In this document: positions 61,553-64,000 of the stretch, piece after piece
How positions within the stretch are numbered: position 1 is the stretch's first letter
How the letters are laid out: each line of letters starts with the position of its first letter
NCBI GenBank assembly: GCA_021788015.1
Contig: JAJYLD010000001.1
Location: 209,581 to 273,580, forward strand
Source of the DNA: a bacterium
GTDB taxonomy: Bacteria > Patescibacteriota > Patescibacteriia > Patescibacteriales > JAKAJF01
Reading direction: 5' to 3'
Length of the DNA: 64,000 nt
Made by a program: the position numbers and the translations under genes
The notes under the pieces: model-generated
The model's database searches: none
Told to the model about the DNA's origin: nothing
The model's input: only the letters and a program-made list of their open reading frames with translations

Positions 61553-62431
61553 ATGGTATGCCTAAAAGTTCTTCCCGATATTCCGTCGGCTCCGGTGCTT
61601 AACGCATTGTCTGACCCGACTCATGTGTTCTTGATTATTCAAGGCATGAAAGGAATTTGGAGGAATGAGGCCAGTCTTATGGCGTTTGGGCGGGCGGGGC
61701 TCAAATGTCATGAATTTTTGTTCGGACATCCGTCGGTTTGCCGGGATTGCCCGATCGAGTACGTTTTTGAAACGGGGGAAACCCAGACAAAACGTATTAG
61801 ACGAGGGCAAAAAATTTTCGACGTGACTTATCGTTTATTCCTTGGCAAGACATTGGGAGTCTTGGCCAAATTCGAAGACGCGACGGATAAAGTCCGGCTT
61901 TCCGCCAAATGCCGTACCGACCTTTCGACGGGACTTCTTAACAAAGTGGGTTTTCTTGAAACCGTCGCCCAGGAAGCCTGCAACGTCGAGAGGTATGGAT
62001 ATCCGTCAAGCATTATCATGGCGGATTTTGACAACTTCAAAATTATCAATGATGACCATGGTCATGACGTGGGTGACCAAGTACTCCTGAAATTCGCCGA
62101 AATTTTAAAAGGCGTTCTCCGGAGGGGCGATGTCGCCAGCCGATTCGGCGGCGATGAATTCAATGTCCTTTTAAAGAACACGGATATCCATAAAGCGCAT
62201 GAAACCGCCGAAAGAATCCGCAGGGACACTCAGGAGGTAATCCTCCGGGAAATGGGCATCGAAACGTCTATCAGTGTCGGAGTGCACGAAATAGACGGGC
62301 TGGCTCGCGACCCGCATTATTATATAAAAAAATTAAGTCAGCAAGTCAAGCTCTCTAAAGAGGGGGGAAAGAACCGGGTTTCGGTCGCGCCCGGTCAACT
62401 CGCATTTTCATTCGGAATGGCGGCAGTATAG
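61553..62431 (+). CDS. GGDEF domain diguanylate cyclase with a Cys-rich N-terminal sensor-like domain
   Basis: The ATG at 61553 is preceded by AGGGGG at a 6-nt spacing. The RFGGDEF active-site motif, DFDNFKIINDDHGHDVGD, and N-terminal C..H....H....C..C are present. Confidence 0.8.
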   Translation: MVCLKVLPDIPSAPVLNALSDPTHVFLIIQGMKGIWRNEASLMAFGRAGLKCHEFLFGHPSVCRDCPIEYVFETGETQTKRIRRGQKIFDVTYRLFLGKTLGVLAKFEDATDKVRLSAKCRTDLSTGLLNKVGFLETVAQEACNVERYGYPSSIIMADFDNFKIINDDHGHDVGDQVLLKFAEILKGVLRRGDVASRFGGDEFNVLLKNTDIHKAHETAERIRRDTQEVILREMGIETSISVGVHEIDGLARDPHYYIKKLSQQVKLSKEGGKNRVSVAPGQLAFSFGMAAV

Positions 62432-62444
62432 CCATTCCTTTTTT
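62414..62444 (+). terminator. Intrinsic terminator overlapping the GGDEF stop codon
   Basis: GGAATGGC (62414-62421), a 9-nt loop, GCCATTCC (62431-62438), then TTTTTT. Confidence 0.8.
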
Positions 62445-62625
62445 ATTGCCAAAAAACTTTTTTTTCTTTATACTTAAAAAAACACAAAGTGGAACGGATA
62501 GGCACGCGAATAAAAACGAAAGATAGTGCGAACTTCGATTTCTGGACAGTGTTTTTAATAAATTTAAAGCTAGTTTTTAATTCGTTAAGTTTCGTGATCA
62601 TATTCGTTTAATTCGTGTTTAATAT

Positions 62626-64000
62626 ATGAAAGCTCAAGAATTGCGTCAAAAATATTCGGAATTTTTTAAATCAAAAGGGCACGCGATAATATCGAGCTCT
62701 TCTTTGATTCCGGAAAATGATCCGACCGTTTTATTTACCACGGCGGGCATGCATCCTTTGGTTCCGTATTTGATGGGCGAAAAGCATCCTTTGGGCAAGC
62801 GTCTGGCCGATGTGCAAAAATGCATCCGCACGACGGATATCGATGAAGTTGGGGACGCCACTCATCATACTTTTTTCGAGATGCTCGGAAATTGGTCTTT
62901 GGGCGATTATTTTAAGAAAGAAGCGATCGAATGGAGCTGGGAATTCTTGACTTCGCCGGAATGGCTTGGCTTGGACAAGAATAGGCTGGCGGTCTCGGTT
63001 TTTGCCGGAGATGAAGACGCTCCCTTTGACGAAGAAGCGTTCGATATCTGGAAGGGATTGGGCATAAGCGAAAAAAGAATTGCAAGACTTCCAAAAAAAA
63101 GTAATTGGTGGGGGCCGGCCGGCGAAACGGGGCCGTGCGGCCCGGATACGGAAATGTTTTATTGGGTGGGAAGCCCAAGCGAAATCCCGGCAGAATTTAA
63201 TGACGACAATTCGCTTTGGGTGGAAATATGGAATGATGTTTTTATGCAATTCAACAAGCGGGAAGACGGCCAATACGAACTTCTGGCACAAAAAAATGTC
63301 GACACCGGAATGGGGCTGGAAAGAACGTTGGCGGTTTTAAACGGCCTTGATGATAATTATAAAACGGAATTGTTCATAAATTTAATCCATAAGATTGAAC
63401 GGCTTTCAAATAAAAAATACGGAGAATCTTCTGAAATTACCCGCGCCATGCGCATTATCGCCGATCATTTGAAGGCCGCGACTTTTATCATGGGCGGCGA
63501 TAAAGGAGTAACGCCTTCGAATACGGATCAGGGATACGTCGTTCGCCGCTTAATCAGACGCGCGATCCGCTACGGCAAGCAAATGGGTATAGAAGAGGAA
63601 TCATGGACAAAAGAAGTCGCCAAAATCGTTGTTCATGACTACGCTTACGTTTATCCCGAATTGCCAAAAAACGTTAATTTTGTAATCGAACGCTTAAAAG
63701 AAGAAGAGGCAAAATTTAAAAAAACATTGGAACACGGCTTAAAAGAATTTAATGAACTGGAAAACAAACGACAAACGACGGACGACAGAATAAACGGGAA
63801 AACGGCTTTTGATTTATATCAAACCTATGGCTTTCCTTTGGAAATGACCGTTGAGCTTGCGAAAGAAAAAGGTTTGCGGGTCGATGTCGAAGAATTTAAT
63901 AAAGAATTGGAAAAGCACCAGGAGCTTTCGCGGACCGCTTCGGCTGGAATGTTTAAGGGCGGACTGGCGGACGCGAGCGAAGAATCGAAAAAATTGCATA
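62626..64000 (+). CDS. alaS: Alanine--tRNA ligase, 3' end outside window (absent from the ORF track because it is unterminated)
   Basis: The ATG at 62626 gives MKAQELRQKYSEFFKSKGHAIISSSSLIPENDPTVLFTTAGMHPLVPYL ... THHTFFEMLGNWSLGDYFK ... GPCGPDTEMFY, the canonical AlaRS. The frame stays open to base 64000. Confidence 0.93.
   Translation, partial: MKAQELRQKYSEFFKSKGHAIISSSSLIPENDPTVLFTTAGMHPLVPYLMGEKHPLGKRLADVQKCIRTTDIDEVGDATHHTFFEMLGNWSLGDYFKKEAIEWSWEFLTSPEWLGLDKNRLAVSVFAGDEDAPFDEEAFDIWKGLGISEKRIARLPKKSNWWGPAGETGPCGPDTEMFYWVGSPSEIPAEFNDDNSLWVEIWNDVFMQFNKREDGQYELLAQKNVDTGMGLERTLAVLNGLDDNYKTELFINLIHKIERLSNKKYGESSEITRAMRIIADHLKAATFIMGGDKGVTPSNTDQGYVVRRLIRRAIRYGKQMGIEEESWTKEVAKIVVHDYAYVYPELPKNVNFVIERLKEEEAKFKKTLEHGLKEFNELENKRQTTDDRINGKTAFDLYQTYGFPLEMTVELAKEKGLRVDVEEFNKELEKHQELSRTASAGMFKGGLADASEESKKLH

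Noticed and set aside
62445-62625. Possible T-box leader upstream of alaS
   Set aside because: No T-box consensus (AGGGTGGTACCGCG-like) or specifier-loop architecture is visible, only the usual AT-word repeats.
62731-63291. 186-aa minus-strand ORF, plus 62646-62861 and 62912-63178 minus and 63080-63340 plus
   Set aside because: They lie entirely inside the unterminated plus-strand alaS frame, whose translation is unmistakably AlaRS. They are shadow ORFs with Arg/Pro-rich nonsense composition.

Overview
AT-rich, gene-dense bacterial fragment. TGA is used as a stop, and most genes lack a Shine-Dalgarno motif. Gene content and style suggest a small-genome Patescibacteria/CPR-like organism, but this is inference only, since no rRNA lies in the window. 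Left to right: a cell-surface glycan cluster (sugar-phosphate transferase, GT4, rmlC-HIT-rmlB-rmlD-rmlA, four tandem GT2 paralogs, galU); a PEGA/beta-propeller protein, murA, an S41 peptidase, pyrG and rpmA; an Rrf2-IscU-Nfu-cysteine desulfurase Fe-S operon; a minus-strand type IV pilus block (pilB, MFS, pilC, four pilin-like genes, pilM/N/O); dispersed cell-wall/division genes (mraY, ftsW, murG, murC, murB, ftsB, ftsE/X, an RlpA-DacA fusion); more glycosyltransferases, including two QxxRW membrane synthases; a sigma-region-4/HARE-HTH protein; a membrane protein plus TraD/VirD4-like ATPase pair; tRNA-Gly and tRNA-Thr; mnmA; a GGDEF protein; and the 5' part of alaS. The most unusual signal is non-coding. 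Seven copies of an inverted-repeat element (here called SCAIR) have a right arm, GCTTCTAACGGG, that ends on the base before an ATG start codon. Three long copies share a conserved core of about 145 nt, one copy carries a nested insertion, and one shows compensatory arm changes. A second repeat system consists of AT-rich word-doubling hairpins in almost every intergenic spacer. One of these families flanks a frameshifted four-helix-bundle (23S IVS protein family) gene. Three visibly GC-richer genes that do carry Shine-Dalgarno motifs look foreign. All calls rest on reading the sequence and the ORF translations; no searches or computations were run.
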